Made by a program: the position numbers and the translations under genes. This document shows, in pieces, positions 19,786-29,544 of a DNA stretch of 64,000 nucleotides. The stretch comes from Acutalibacteraceae bacterium. GTDB lineage: Bacteria; Bacillota; Clostridia; Oscillospirales; Acutalibacteraceae. The notes beneath the pieces are model-generated. The model did not search any database. It was not told the DNA's origin and saw only the letters and a program-made list of their open reading frames with translations. Position 1 is the stretch's first letter. Each line of letters begins with the position of its first letter. The stretch spans positions 27,681 through 91,680 of the forward strand of contig JAZQLZ010000025.1 in assembly GCA_045543075.1 (NCBI GenBank), written 5' to 3'.

Positions 19786-20943
19786 ATGATGACACCTTCT
19801 CAACTCAGGCAGTATGAATTTAAATCTGCCGGTCGTAATGCTTACAAAGCAGAAGATGTTGACTCTTTTTTCGGCGAAGTCCTTGTAAGTTATGAGAGGA
19901 TGTACCGTGAGAACGGTGAGCTTATTAAGCGTGTAAGTCTTCTTGCAGACAGACTTGAACAGTATAAAAATGACGAGGTTGATATAAAACAGGCTGTACT
20001 CAGTGCTCAGAAAGCAGCGGATATTATTGTTCGTGATGCACAGATGGCATCAGAGGATGCAAAAGCCGAGGCTGAGGCTATACTTGCTGCTGCAAAGGGT
20101 GAAGCTCAGATAATTAAGGCTGATGCTGAAAGACAGGCTATTGCTGATTCGGATTTGCTTATGTCCATGGCTCGCGATAAAGCTGAAGATATTCTTAACA
20201 AAGCTAAAGAAAAGGCTCACGGTATTCTTATTGCAGCTAATGACAGTGCCAGCGATACAGTGGGTGCCGCAAACAGGACTATTACCAGTGAATCGCTTCA
20301 CTATGAAATGCTTAAAAAGGAAGTTTCTGAGTTCAGAGCATCAATTTTAGCGCAGTATAAAGCACATATTGAGATGATTTCCAAGCTTCCGGAATTAGCA
20401 GAAGCTGAGGCTGCAAAGATTGAGAATCCTCCTGTGCCTGCTGAGGTAGATGTTTCTAAATTGGAAAATGCTTTTGAGGAAGAAGTGGCACAGGAGCCTG
20501 AAAATGTTGTCCTCGAGTATGTTGAAGTGCCCGATGTTGAAGAGGACGAGGTTACTGTCACAGAATCAAACGAAAGCGAAAATGTTGATGAGGACATTAT
20601 CGCCGAAGAAGAAAACACCGCAGAGTCCCTTGTTGAGGAGGCTGCTGAAACACAGGTGCCGGACGATACAGAACCTGCTGATATTCCAATTTCGCGCGGC
20701 TTTGCAGTTAATACAGATGACTTGCAGTTCGACGGATTTGAGGATAACGATACCGATAGTGAAGATGTCAGGAATCTTGAAACTGCAACAACAGATGAAA
20801 AAACCGAAGTTAATAATGTTGCTGCTTCGGCGAATGATAAAAAAGATGATCTTTCAGGCTTTTTTGAGTCCATTGAAAGCATCAGCACTGATGATGAAGT
20901 GGAAAAACCAAAGAAAAAAGGCTTTTTCGGTAAATGGAAATAA
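19786..20943 (+). CDS. divIVA: DivIVA-domain protein with a long acidic C-terminal extension
   Basis: N-terminal DivIVA motif MTPSQLRQYEFKSAGRNAYKAEDVDSFF and a coiled coil. About 170 aa of Glu/Asp-rich tail. Confidence 0.85.
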   Translation: MMTPSQLRQYEFKSAGRNAYKAEDVDSFFGEVLVSYERMYRENGELIKRVSLLADRLEQYKNDEVDIKQAVLSAQKAADIIVRDAQMASEDAKAEAEAILAAAKGEAQIIKADAERQAIADSDLLMSMARDKAEDILNKAKEKAHGILIAANDSASDTVGAANRTITSESLHYEMLKKEVSEFRASILAQYKAHIEMISKLPELAEAEAAKIENPPVPAEVDVSKLENAFEEEVAQEPENVVLEYVEVPDVEEDEVTVTESNESENVDEDIIAEEENTAESLVEEAAETQVPDDTEPADIPISRGFAVNTDDLQFDGFEDNDTDSEDVRNLETATTDEKTEVNNVAASANDKKDDLSGFFESIESISTDDEVEKPKKKGFFGKWK

Positions 20944-20958
20944 AATCAGGAGTTAATT

Positions 20959-21501
20959 ATGTTCGTAGTTTTTGCTGTAGTTGCAGCTGTTTTGCTTGTT
21001 GGTGCCGACCAGCTGTTTAAATATCTTGCGGTTGCACACCTTTCTGATATTGATTATTTAACTGTAATAGATGGTGTGCTTCAGTTCAGATATGTAAAAA
21101 ATACAGGTGCGGTTTTTGGTTCTTTTTCAAATCATACCGTATTGTTAACGGTTTTTTCTGTTGTTTTATTGGCAGGCGCAATATTTTTATTGGTCACAAA
21201 TAAAAACAGAGCTAAATTTGTTAATGTATGTCTGGTTTTAATGATATCGGGCGGTATGGGAAATATCATTGACAGAATCCGCTTAGGGTATGTTGTTGAT
21301 TTTATAGAGCCTACATTTATTAATTTTGCTGTATTTAACTTTGCTGATTGTCTGATAACGGTAAGTGCATTTTTACTTATAGGCTATATCATTTACGACT
21401 TTATTAAGGATTACAAAAAGAGTAAAAATAAAGTAACAGCAGAATCTACGACTTCGGATGCCTTAACTGATAATACGGAGACCGACAATGGAGCAGAATG
21501 A
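20959..21501 (+). CDS. lspA: Lipoprotein signal peptidase II
   Basis: Four TM segments with NTGAVFG, GNIIDR and FNFADCLIT motifs. Confidence 0.92.
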   Translation: MFVVFAVVAAVLLVGADQLFKYLAVAHLSDIDYLTVIDGVLQFRYVKNTGAVFGSFSNHTVLLTVFSVVLLAGAIFLLVTNKNRAKFVNVCLVLMISGGMGNIIDRIRLGYVVDFIEPTFINFAVFNFADCLITVSAFLLIGYIIYDFIKDYKKSKNKVTAESTTSDALTDNTETDNGAE

Positions 21502-22399
21502 TTTTTTTGTAACGGATGAAATAATCGGTAACCGACTTGATAAAGCTGTTACTTTGCTCTGTGCTGATTTATCACGAAATAGTGCGCAGCAGCTTATAGA
21601 ATCAGGGAACATTCTCGTTAACGGTGTTGTAAGTAATAAGAAATATACGGTTTCTGACGGAGATATTGTTACGATTAATTTCCCCGAACCGACTAATTTG
21701 TCGGTTGAACCTGAAAACATACCACTTGATATCTTTTATGAGGATGAGCATCTCCTGGTCGTTAATAAGCCAAAGGGAATGGTCGTTCATCCTGCAGCCG
21801 GAAATTACACGGGTACGCTGGTTAATGCACTTCTTTATCACTGCGGGGACTCCCTTTCAGGAATCAACGGTGTAATCAGACCGGGTATTGTACATAGAAT
21901 TGATAAAGACACGAGCGGATTGCTTGTTGTTGCGAAAAATGATGTTGCCCACAACGGTTTAGCGGAGCAGATTAAAGAACACAGCTTCACGAGGGTTTAC
22001 AATACGGTTGTTGTTGGTAATATTAAAGATGATTTCGGTACTGTCGATGCACCAATAGGAAGACACCCTAAGGATCGTAAAAAGCAAGCAGTTACCGACA
22101 AAAACTCTAAAAATGCAGTAACTCATTTTGAGGTGCTTGAGAGATTCAACGGTTTTACATTCCTTAAAGTGAGGCTTGAAACAGGCAGAACTCACCAGAT
22201 AAGAGTGCATATGGCTTATAGAGGGACTCCCGTGGCAGGTGATGTTGTTTACGGCAACCCCAAGAAAACCTACGGCTTAGAGGGTCAGTGTCTTAACGCA
22301 TCCACTATTGGCTTTATACATCCTGTAACAGGGGAGTATCTTGAGTTTACTACTGAGTTACCCGAGTATTTTAAAGATTTTCTCAGGAGAATTTCTTAA
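21488..22399 (+). CDS. rluD: 23S rRNA pseudouridine synthase, RluD/RluA family
   Basis: S4 domain followed by the catalytic motif HRIDKDTSGLLVVAKN. Overlaps the lspA 3' end. Confidence 0.9.
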   Translation: MEQNDFFVTDEIIGNRLDKAVTLLCADLSRNSAQQLIESGNILVNGVVSNKKYTVSDGDIVTINFPEPTNLSVEPENIPLDIFYEDEHLLVVNKPKGMVVHPAAGNYTGTLVNALLYHCGDSLSGINGVIRPGIVHRIDKDTSGLLVVAKNDVAHNGLAEQIKEHSFTRVYNTVVVGNIKDDFGTVDAPIGRHPKDRKKQAVTDKNSKNAVTHFEVLERFNGFTFLKVRLETGRTHQIRVHMAYRGTPVAGDVVYGNPKKTYGLEGQCLNASTIGFIHPVTGEYLEFTTELPEYFKDFLRRIS

Positions 22400-23223
22400 T
22401 GGAAAATAATTTTTCAAAATGGCTGTTGATTTCTGATATTGACGGTACATTGAATGATAAGGCAATGAAGCTGCCGCCACAGAATAAAGAAGCGATAGAC
22501 AGTTTTGTGAAAAAAGGCGGTGTATTCACTCTTTGTTCGGGCAGAAATCTTGAGTCATTGTCGATTCACTACAATAAATTAGGTATTAAAACACCTGCAA
22601 TATTCTTAAACGGAGCAGGTATTTATGATTTCGGTAAATCTGAAATAACTTATTTTAATCCCATTATTACGGAGGGCGAGGAAATTATACTGGATATTTT
22701 TTCCCGTTATAAATCCTTGCAGTTGACGGTTTTCGGCAGTGAGATAATTTATCTTGCTAAAAGAACGTGTATTTATGGTAGGGTTATCTCTAAAATAGAT
22801 AAACTCAACTATAGGCTGTGTAAGAAAACATCTGATTTACCACGAGGTGTATGGGGCAAGGTTAGTTTTTTTGGCTTACCTGAGTTAGTTAAGAAAATAC
22901 AAAACATCTTAAAAACAGAATATAATGATTATTTTGATTGCTTTCTTACATCAAGGTTTACTCTTGAAGTTGTGAATAAAGGGGTAAACAAGGGCTCGGG
23001 CGTACAGAAGCTTGCAGATATTTTAAATATACCCATATCAAATACTGCTGCAATCGGTGATTATTATAACGATGTAGATATGTTAAAAACAGTTGGCCAC
23101 CCTGTGTGTTGCGGTCAGGCTCCCGACGATATCAAGGAGATATCCGAGTACGTTGCCTGTCACTGTAACGATGGTGCGGTTGCTGATTTTATAAATTATT
23201 TAGAAAAAAATTATATTTTATAA
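22399..23223 (+). CDS. Cof-type HAD-IIB phosphatase
   Basis: SDIDGTL motif I, KGSGVQKL and GDYYNDVDM motifs. TAATG overlap with rluD. Confidence 0.8.
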   Translation: MENNFSKWLLISDIDGTLNDKAMKLPPQNKEAIDSFVKKGGVFTLCSGRNLESLSIHYNKLGIKTPAIFLNGAGIYDFGKSEITYFNPIITEGEEIILDIFSRYKSLQLTVFGSEIIYLAKRTCIYGRVISKIDKLNYRLCKKTSDLPRGVWGKVSFFGLPELVKKIQNILKTEYNDYFDCFLTSRFTLEVVNKGVNKGSGVQKLADILNIPISNTAAIGDYYNDVDMLKTVGHPVCCGQAPDDIKEISEYVACHCNDGAVADFINYLEKNYIL

Positions 23224-23237
23224 ACGGAGGTTTATTT

Positions 23238-24080
23238 ATGGACGCTATTGCCAAAAAAGAATTGGCTAAAGTTGCCTGCAATGTCCGTAAGGGTATTGTT
23301 GAAGGTACATTTAATGCCAAATCCGGTCATCCCGGCGGATCTCTTTCAATTGCGGAAATTGTTACATACCTTTATTTTAAGGAAATGAACATTGACCCTG
23401 CAAATCCTGCTATGGCAGAAAGAGACAGATTTGTTCTTTCAAAAGGTCATGCTGCACCTGCACTTTATGCAGTAATGGCTCAGAGAGGTTATTTCCCCGT
23501 TGAAGAACTTAAAACACTTCGTAAAATCGGGTCAAGACTTCAGGGTCATCCCAGTATGAATTGTCTTCCCGGCATTGATATCAGTTCGGGTTCACTCGGT
23601 CAGGGTATATCCGCTGCTTGCGGTATGGCTCTCGGTGCTAAGCTTAAGAACGCTGATTTCCGTGTTTATTCAATCCTCGGTGATGGCGAAATCGAAGAAG
23701 GCCAGGTATGGGAAGCTGCAATGTATGCTGCAGCTAAGAAGTTAGATAACCTTGTTGCTTTCGTGGATAATAATAATCTTCAGATTGACGGTACTGTTGA
23801 AGAAGTTAACTCTCCGTATCCCATTCCCGAAAAATTTGCAGCATTCGGTTGGAATGTAATCGAAATAGGCGGTCATTCATTCGATGAAATCGAAAATGCA
23901 CTTAATGCCGCTCGCGCTTGCAAGGGTAAGCCCTCTGCAATTATTGCAAAGACGATTAAGGGTAAAGGCGTTTCCTTTATGGAAAATCAGGTTAACTGGC
24001 ACGGTTCCGCTCCTAATGCAGAACAGTATGAAACAGCAATGAACGAACTTAATGAAGTTCTTAATGGATTGGAGGCTTAA
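23238..24080 (+). CDS. tkt: Transketolase, N-terminal (TPP-binding) subunit
   Basis: GHPGGSLS and GDGEIEEGQVWEA thiamine-diphosphate motifs. 280 aa split form. Confidence 0.93.
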   Translation: MDAIAKKELAKVACNVRKGIVEGTFNAKSGHPGGSLSIAEIVTYLYFKEMNIDPANPAMAERDRFVLSKGHAAPALYAVMAQRGYFPVEELKTLRKIGSRLQGHPSMNCLPGIDISSGSLGQGISAACGMALGAKLKNADFRVYSILGDGEIEEGQVWEAAMYAAAKKLDNLVAFVDNNNLQIDGTVEEVNSPYPIPEKFAAFGWNVIEIGGHSFDEIENALNAARACKGKPSAIIAKTIKGKGVSFMENQVNWHGSAPNAEQYETAMNELNEVLNGLEA

Positions 24081-24082
24081 TA

Positions 24083-25027
24083 ATGGCAGATGTAATTAAA
24101 GTTGCTACACGTGATGCTTATGGTAAAGCTCTCGTTGAATTAGGCGAAAAGAACCCCAATATTGTTGTTCTTGATGCTGACCTTGCCGCAGCTACTAAAA
24201 CAGGCGGCTTCAAAAAGGCTTTCCCCGACAGGTTTTTTGATACAGGTATTGCAGAATCTAATATGATGGGTGTTGCAGCAGGTCTTGCAACAACCGGTTA
24301 TACTGTATTTGCAAGCTCATTTGCAATGTTCTCAGCCGGCAGAGCTTTTGAGCAGGTGAGAAATACAATCGGTTATCCTCATCTTAATGTTAAAATCGGT
24401 GCAACACATGCAGGTATTACCGTTGGCGAAGACGGTGCAAGCCACCAGTGTTGCGAAGATATCGCTTTGATGCGTTCAATTCCCGGTATGGTTATTATTA
24501 ACCCTGCTGATGATGTTGAGGCTCGCGCAGCAGTTCTTGCCGCAGCAGAGCTTGACGGTCCTGTTTATATGCGTTTCGGAAGACTTGCTGTTCCGAGAAT
24601 TTTTGATGAAGATTACAAATTTGAAATCGGTAAAGCAGTTACTCTTAAAGAGGGTACAGATGTTACAATTATAGCTACCGGACTTATGGTTAATGAGGCA
24701 ATTCAGGCTGCCGAAGCTCTTGAGGCTGAAGGTATCTCTGTTGAACTCATTAATATGCACACAATTAAACCTCTTGACAAAGAGGCAGTAGTTGCTGCTG
24801 CTAAAAAGACGGGTTGCATTGTTACAGCAGAAGAGCATAATATTATCGGCGGTCTCGGCGATGCTGTTTGTGATGCAGTCTGCGGTGAGTATCCGGTACC
24901 CGTTGTTAAGGTTGGTGTTGAAGATACCTTCGGTAAGTCAGGCCCCGCAGTTGACCTTCTTCATTGCTTTGGTCTTGATGCTAAAAACATTGTTGAAAAG
25001 GCAAAAATTGCAATTTCAAAAAAATAA
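24083..25027 (+). CDS. tkt: Transketolase, C-terminal (pyrimidine-binding) subunit
   Basis: FDTGIAESNMMGVAAGLA motif. 314 aa, starting 2 nt after the N-terminal subunit gene. Confidence 0.93.
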   Translation: MADVIKVATRDAYGKALVELGEKNPNIVVLDADLAAATKTGGFKKAFPDRFFDTGIAESNMMGVAAGLATTGYTVFASSFAMFSAGRAFEQVRNTIGYPHLNVKIGATHAGITVGEDGASHQCCEDIALMRSIPGMVIINPADDVEARAAVLAAAELDGPVYMRFGRLAVPRIFDEDYKFEIGKAVTLKEGTDVTIIATGLMVNEAIQAAEALEAEGISVELINMHTIKPLDKEAVVAAAKKTGCIVTAEEHNIIGGLGDAVCDAVCGEYPVPVVKVGVEDTFGKSGPAVDLLHCFGLDAKNIVEKAKIAISKK

Positions 25028-25070
25028 TGTGGTTTTTAACTAATTTTTAGTTTAAAATATTTTATTTTTA

Positions 25071-25099
25071 TTGAAAATACAAAAATACTGTGTTATAAT
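25071..25099 (+). promoter_or_regulatory. Sigma-A-type promoter
   Basis: TTGAAA (25071-25076), 17-nt spacer, TGT-TATAAT extended -10 (25094-25099). Confidence 0.55.
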
Positions 25100-25143
25100 G
25101 TTTCAATAGATACTATTATTTCTATTGATAGGTAGGAGATATT

Positions 25144-25977
25144 ATGGCTAACTGTCCTAAATGCGGATACAAACTCAGAATGATTGATATAAAGGCTGAA
25201 TGCCCTAAGTGCGGTGTTAACCTTTTATATTACAATCAGCAGGAAAGATTGGCACTTGATGCCGATAAAGCTGAAGAAGAACATATTAAAATGCAGCCCA
25301 AGATTGACAGAATCAAGTTTTCTTTTGTTGGCACAAAGCTCTCAATAGTAAGACTTATTTCTCTCTTGATTCCAATAGGTGTAATGTTCCTTCCCCTGGC
25401 AAGTGTCAATGTTAATATCCCCTGGAACACAATCGATAAAGATATTTCAATTCTTAATGTTGTTATGGATATCATAATGAATCTTAAGCTTGATATTCTT
25501 GTTGATATGATTTCCGGTTCTGATTTAACAAGAGTTGCGTTTATTTTCTACGCCGCTTCAATTATATTTATTCTTTTGGCAGCGGTGTTCGCTATTCTCA
25601 ACATTCCCTTTGATGCAATTTCCTGCTCTCCCAAGGGCTTCAAGAGAAATATAACTCTTTCTTCATGCGGTATTGTGTTCACAGTTCTCAGTATTATTTC
25701 TTTCTTGATTTTCAACTCACAGCTTACAAAAACTTTCGGCGCTATTTATTCAGGTAATATTGGTATCGGCGGTTTCCTTGTTATATTAGGCTTCTTAATT
25801 ATTATTGCTATCAACATTATTATTAAGAAGAAAAATGTTCCCGTTAAATATACCGATGTTTCCGAATACGTTGAACGAATTGCAAAACGTAAAGAAGAAA
25901 TTGCTGAAATGGAAGCTAAGGCAGCTCTTGCAAGAAAAGCATATCAGGAGCGCGCACAAGCGGAAGCTAATAAATAA
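25144..25977 (+). CDS. Zinc-ribbon membrane protein, function unknown
   Basis: N-terminal CPKCG...CPKCG ribbon, about 5 TM segments and a charged C-terminal coiled coil. Confidence 0.6.
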   Translation: MANCPKCGYKLRMIDIKAECPKCGVNLLYYNQQERLALDADKAEEEHIKMQPKIDRIKFSFVGTKLSIVRLISLLIPIGVMFLPLASVNVNIPWNTIDKDISILNVVMDIIMNLKLDILVDMISGSDLTRVAFIFYAASIIFILLAAVFAILNIPFDAISCSPKGFKRNITLSSCGIVFTVLSIISFLIFNSQLTKTFGAIYSGNIGIGGFLVILGFLIIIAINIIIKKKNVPVKYTDVSEYVERIAKRKEEIAEMEAKAALARKAYQERAQAEANK

Positions 25978-25990
25978 AAACAAAAATATA

Positions 25991-26028
25991 GAGTGGCTCA
26001 GGTTAACTGAGCCACTCGTTTTTGTTTT
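25991..26028. terminator. Bidirectional intrinsic terminator
   Basis: GAGTGGCTCAG/CTGAGCCACTC 11-bp stem (25991-26017), followed by GTTTTTGTTTT on plus and by TATATTTTTGTTTTT on minus. Confidence 0.8.
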
Positions 26029-26030
26029 AT

Positions 26031-26207
26031 ACCCCGCCGTGCCGGATGCGATAATAGTAACCTGCTCTCAGCAGGTGGGTGTCCTCTCTACGGGTTCACG
26101 CTCCCTTCGTCCGTTAAAAACGGGAGGTCTGCAATCCGCCGCGGAAGTTGGACTCCCTTTTAATTGTCATAGGGTTAGTATTAGTCGCATTTATCGAACA
26201 CCGCAGG
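26031..26207 (-). ncRNA. GC-rich structured small RNA, 6S (SsrS)-like architecture
   Basis: Local GC is far above the flanks. A long imperfect closing helix pairs 26034-26062 with 26173-26207, about 27 bp. Three positions are G-U on the minus strand but C-A on plus, which sets the strand. There are A/U-rich 5' bubble, 3' bubble mini-hairpin CCUGCUGAGAGCAGG and an internal stem GGGAGUCC/GGACACCC. It ends at the bidirectional terminator. No SRP, RNase P or tmRNA signature motifs. Confidence 0.5.
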
Positions 26208-26235
26208 AATAATATTATTTGATTATATTTTATGA

Positions 26236-26550
26236 TTATTCTTCGTCGAACTCGAAATAATCAGCAAGTCTTTCTTCGAAAAGCTCACCGACTTTATTGA
26301 AAAGCTTTTCATCCTCAATAGGTTCAAGGTAAGTTTCGCCGTCTTCATCCTCAACAACAGAGAGAATAATTAATTCACCGTCATCATCAAGAATTTCTTC
26401 AGCCTCATCAAAAATGGGGAGAAGAGCGATAAAGCGACCCTCATCAGTTTCAATTCTGTCCAGTTCTTCGAAGGTGTGCTGAACTCCGTTTTCATCAACA
26501 ACCGATACAATATCGGGTCCGTATTCGTTATTATCAAATGTATCTGCCAT
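26236..26550 (-). CDS. DUF1292-family small acidic protein
   Basis: 104 aa, highly acidic, with a DENG...F..L..I....FIALLPIFDE pattern typical of DUF1292. Confidence 0.65.
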   Translation of the reverse strand: MADTFDNNEYGPDIVSVVDENGVQHTFEELDRIETDEGRFIALLPIFDEAEEILDDDGELIILSVVEDEDGETYLEPIEDEKLFNKVGELFEERLADYFEFDEE

Positions 26551-26623
26551 AGTATTTTCACCATTGCCTTTCGTATATTACAAATATATTTTATATTATT
26601 CTTTAATTGTAGTCAACTGTAAT

Positions 26624-27475
26624 TTATTCACAAATTTCGATGTTCCAGTTAAATGATTTGCTTTCGTTTGCATTTAAAGTCATTATTGCGCGCTTTTGGG
26701 ATAAATCATCCTTCTTGTCGTAGTTATCATTGACACCCCACCAGGGCTCAATGCAAACATAAGGTGCGCCGGGTTTAGCCCAGATGCCCAACAGGGGAGA
26801 ATCAAAGTTGAATTTAACAACTCTGTTGTGATTATTGCTTTTAAGTGAAACGGATTTTGACTTATATCCGCTTAAAATAAGAGCATCATCAACAAAAAGA
26901 TTTTTTGTGATTTCTAATTTTTTGCCTTTGATATCAACAGGGAATTTTTCTTCAATAAGAATGGAGTCATGGTCAATTCGCTCGGTCAACAAATTTTCGT
27001 TTTCTGAGAATTCAAGATAGTCCCCGATTTCACAATTGAATGCAGGATGAGCGCCGAAAGAATAGTACATAATACTGTTGTTTTTATTTACAACAGTGTG
27101 AGTAACACTTAACCCGTTGTCTGTGATTTTAAATTCAACAATCAAGTCAAAATGATAAGGATAGCTTTTCAATGATTCTTCGTCATCGGACTGAATAAAT
27201 TTAAGTGAATTCTCGGTTTTTTCGATTAATTTAAAAGGCTTCTTTCTGACGATACCGTGTTTGGGCATGGTATATGCTTTACCGTCAAGTCTGTATTTAT
27301 CATCAAGAAGTCTGCCGATAATCGGGAAAAGAACAGGGGACTGACCATACCAAATATCGGTATTACCGCACCAGATGAATTCAAAACCTGTTTTTTTGGA
27401 TTTAAAAGAATTAAGCTCCGCACCCATTTCTTTAACCGCAAGGGAAAAATCTTTGTTTTCTACACTATAAATCAT
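26624..27475 (-). CDS. Aldose 1-epimerase-family (galactose mutarotase-like) protein
   Basis: 283 aa beta-sandwich family pattern (PVLFPIIGRL, FGAHPAF, CIEPWWG). Confidence 0.8.
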   Translation of the reverse strand: MIYSVENKDFSLAVKEMGAELNSFKSKKTGFEFIWCGNTDIWYGQSPVLFPIIGRLLDDKYRLDGKAYTMPKHGIVRKKPFKLIEKTENSLKFIQSDDEESLKSYPYHFDLIVEFKITDNGLSVTHTVVNKNNSIMYYSFGAHPAFNCEIGDYLEFSENENLLTERIDHDSILIEEKFPVDIKGKKLEITKNLFVDDALILSGYKSKSVSLKSNNHNRVVKFNFDSPLLGIWAKPGAPYVCIEPWWGVNDNYDKKDDLSQKRAIMTLNANESKSFNWNIEICE

Positions 27476-27496
27476 ATAACATCTTCCTTTATAACA

Positions 27497-27524
27497 AAGG
27501 CACTACGCAATTGCGTAATGCCTT
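27497..27524 (-). terminator. Hairpin downstream of the uracil permease gene
   Basis: 13-bp stem AAGGCACTACGCA/TGCGTAATGCCTT. One position is G-U on minus and C-A on plus. The U-tract on minus is poor, so termination efficiency is uncertain. Confidence 0.35.
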
Positions 27525-27567
27525 GTTTAGTTTATTTAATTATATAACAATTCTTTTATACTGTCAA

Positions 27568-28959
27568 TTACTCGGCAGCTTCTTCCTTCTTTTTTCTTGA
27601 AAGAATAATATTGGTGATGATACCAAGAATGAGAGCGGAAGCGATAGCGGTGATTGTAACTTTGCCGATTGAAAGAGCCATACCACCGATACCTGTAATG
27701 AGGATAACGGAGGTTGTGAAAAGGTTTGCATTTTCCTCAAGGTCAACCTTTTTAATCATCTTAAGACCTGAAACTGCAATGAAACCATAGAGCGTGATAC
27801 ATACGCCACCCATTACACAACCGGGAATAGAATCAAGGAAGGCAACAAAGGGTGATACAAATGAAATAAGAAGAGCGATAATTGCTGTGCATGTGATTGT
27901 TGCAACGGATGCGTTTCTTGTAATAGCAACGCATCCAACGGATTCACCGTAGGTTGTGTTAGGGCAACCGCCAAAGAAAGCACCAACCATTGAGCCGACA
28001 CCGTCACCGAGGAGTGTTCTTGAAAGACCGGGATCTTCCAAAAGGTCTTTTTCAATGATGGATGAAAGGTTTTTATGGTCGGCAATATGTTCTGCGAAAA
28101 CAACAAATGCTACCGGAATATAAGCAACAGCAACAGTTGCAACATATGTTGAGTCAAGTTCTTTAATTGCGCTGAAACCTTCAATAAATGAAAACTCGGG
28201 AACCTGAAGGAAGGTGGATAATTGAACACCATTTTCAACAAGGGATTGGAAAGGTGCAAGGTCAAGAATTATAAATGCTTCTTTACCGGTGGCAACACCA
28301 ATAACAGTGAAAATGGCTGCAACGGCATAACCTGATAAGATGCCGATGATAAAAGGTATGAGTTTAGCCATTTTTTTGCCGTATGTTGAGCAAACAACCA
28401 CAACAATTAATGTAACCAAAGCACAAATAAGCGCAAGCCATGCGTGGGTATCCATAATATATACACCGTTAGCAGCATCATATACGGTAGTTCCGTTACC
28501 GTCAACTGCATCCTTTACTGCGGCACCTGCAAGGGAAAGACCGATAAGAGCAACTGTGGGGCCTATAACAACCGGGGGCATAAGCTTGTTTATCCAGTTA
28601 ACACCTGCAAATTTAATTATAACAGCGATAACAACGTAAACAAGACCTGCAAAAACAGCACCCAAAATTATGCCCAAAAATCCTTTCGCGGCAGTTGTGG
28701 CTCCTGCAAATGCTGCAAACATTGAGCCAATAAATGCAAATGATGAGCCAAGGAAAACAGGGCTTTTAAATTTTGTGAACAACTGATAAACGATCGTACC
28801 TACGCCTGCACCAAACAAAGCAGCGGATGCGGACATACCGTTACCAACAATTGCAGGTACAGCGATTGTTGCTGCCATAATGGCAAGTAATTGCTGAAAA
28901 GCAAAAATCAAAAGTTGTCCGAATTTTGGTTTGTCGTTGATATTGTAAATCAACTTCAT
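27568..28959 (-). CDS. pyrP: Uracil/xanthine permease (NCS2 family)
   Basis: 463 aa polytopic protein with an NCS2 signature region (TTYGESVGCVAITR). Directly downstream of pyrR. Confidence 0.88.
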   Translation of the reverse strand: MKLIYNINDKPKFGQLLIFAFQQLLAIMAATIAVPAIVGNGMSASAALFGAGVGTIVYQLFTKFKSPVFLGSSFAFIGSMFAAFAGATTAAKGFLGIILGAVFAGLVYVVIAVIIKFAGVNWINKLMPPVVIGPTVALIGLSLAGAAVKDAVDGNGTTVYDAANGVYIMDTHAWLALICALVTLIVVVVCSTYGKKMAKLIPFIIGILSGYAVAAIFTVIGVATGKEAFIILDLAPFQSLVENGVQLSTFLQVPEFSFIEGFSAIKELDSTYVATVAVAYIPVAFVVFAEHIADHKNLSSIIEKDLLEDPGLSRTLLGDGVGSMVGAFFGGCPNTTYGESVGCVAITRNASVATITCTAIIALLISFVSPFVAFLDSIPGCVMGGVCITLYGFIAVSGLKMIKKVDLEENANLFTTSVILITGIGGMALSIGKVTITAIASALILGIITNIILSRKKKEEAAE

Positions 28960-28999
28960 AGAGAACCCTCCATTTTAGTATTTATTATAGCCTTAAAGC

Positions 29000-29536
29000 T
29001 TATAAACTATATAATTTAACAGATGTGCAATCATCAGTTTCGGGAAGAAGCACAGAAATAAACTCCGTTGTTGCTGTCGGTACATTTTTACCAACATAAT
29101 CAGCTCTGAAAGGAAGTTCACGGTGACCCCTGTCAACGAGTATTGCAAGCTGAATACTTGAAGGGCGACCTAAACTGAAAATTGCTTCAATTGCGGCCCT
29201 TACGGTTCTGCCGGTAAAGAGCACATCATCAACGAGAATAATATCCTTGCCGGTTACATCAAAATCAACGGGTGATTCTGTGAATTCGGGAATAACATGA
29301 GCTTCGGTTAAGTCATCACGATAATGATTGATATCAAGCTCGCTGAAAGGGAGTTCAACACCCTCTATGTTCTCTATTTTTTTGACAATTATCTTAGCTA
29401 ACGGTACACCCCGTGTTTTTATACCTAAAAAGGCAAGGTTATCCGTACCTTTATTTTTTTCGATTATTTCGTGAGAAATTCGGGTTAAAGCTCGGTTTAC
29501 TGCGGATTCGTCCATTAATTCTGCTTTTAATTTCAT
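29000..29536 (-). CDS. pyrR: Bifunctional pyrimidine operon regulator / uracil phosphoribosyltransferase PyrR
   Basis: 178 aa, PRPP loop IILVDDVLFTGRTVRAA and N-terminal LMDESAVNRALTRISHEI. Confidence 0.93.
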   Translation of the reverse strand: MKLKAELMDESAVNRALTRISHEIIEKNKGTDNLAFLGIKTRGVPLAKIIVKKIENIEGVELPFSELDINHYRDDLTEAHVIPEFTESPVDFDVTGKDIILVDDVLFTGRTVRAAIEAIFSLGRPSSIQLAILVDRGHRELPFRADYVGKNVPTATTEFISVLLPETDDCTSVKLYSL

Positions 29537-29544
29537 AAAAACCT

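Noticed and set aside
20301-20888. 195-aa Ser/Thr-rich antisense ORF within divIVA.
   Set aside because: It is the reverse-complement reading of the Glu/Asp-rich GAA/GAT/GAG tail of DivIVA (TTC/ATC/CTC gives S/F/L-rich output). It has no start context.
26031-26207. Identity of the structured RNA as SRP RNA, RNase P RNA, tmRNA or a riboswitch.
   Set aside because: There is no GGAAGCAGC-type SRP domain IV motif and no GAGGAAAGUCC P4 motif. There is no tRNA-like ends or tag ORF, and it is too short for RNase P or tmRNA. A riboswitch is unlikely because no gene follows it on either strand; it faces a terminator and a convergent gene.
25805-26212. 135-aa plus-strand ORF spanning the end of the zinc-ribbon gene, the terminator and the GC-rich island.
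   Set aside because: It overlaps a well-supported CDS and runs through an intrinsic terminator. Its unusual composition (many R, P, G, S) reflects the structured-RNA region. It has no RBS.
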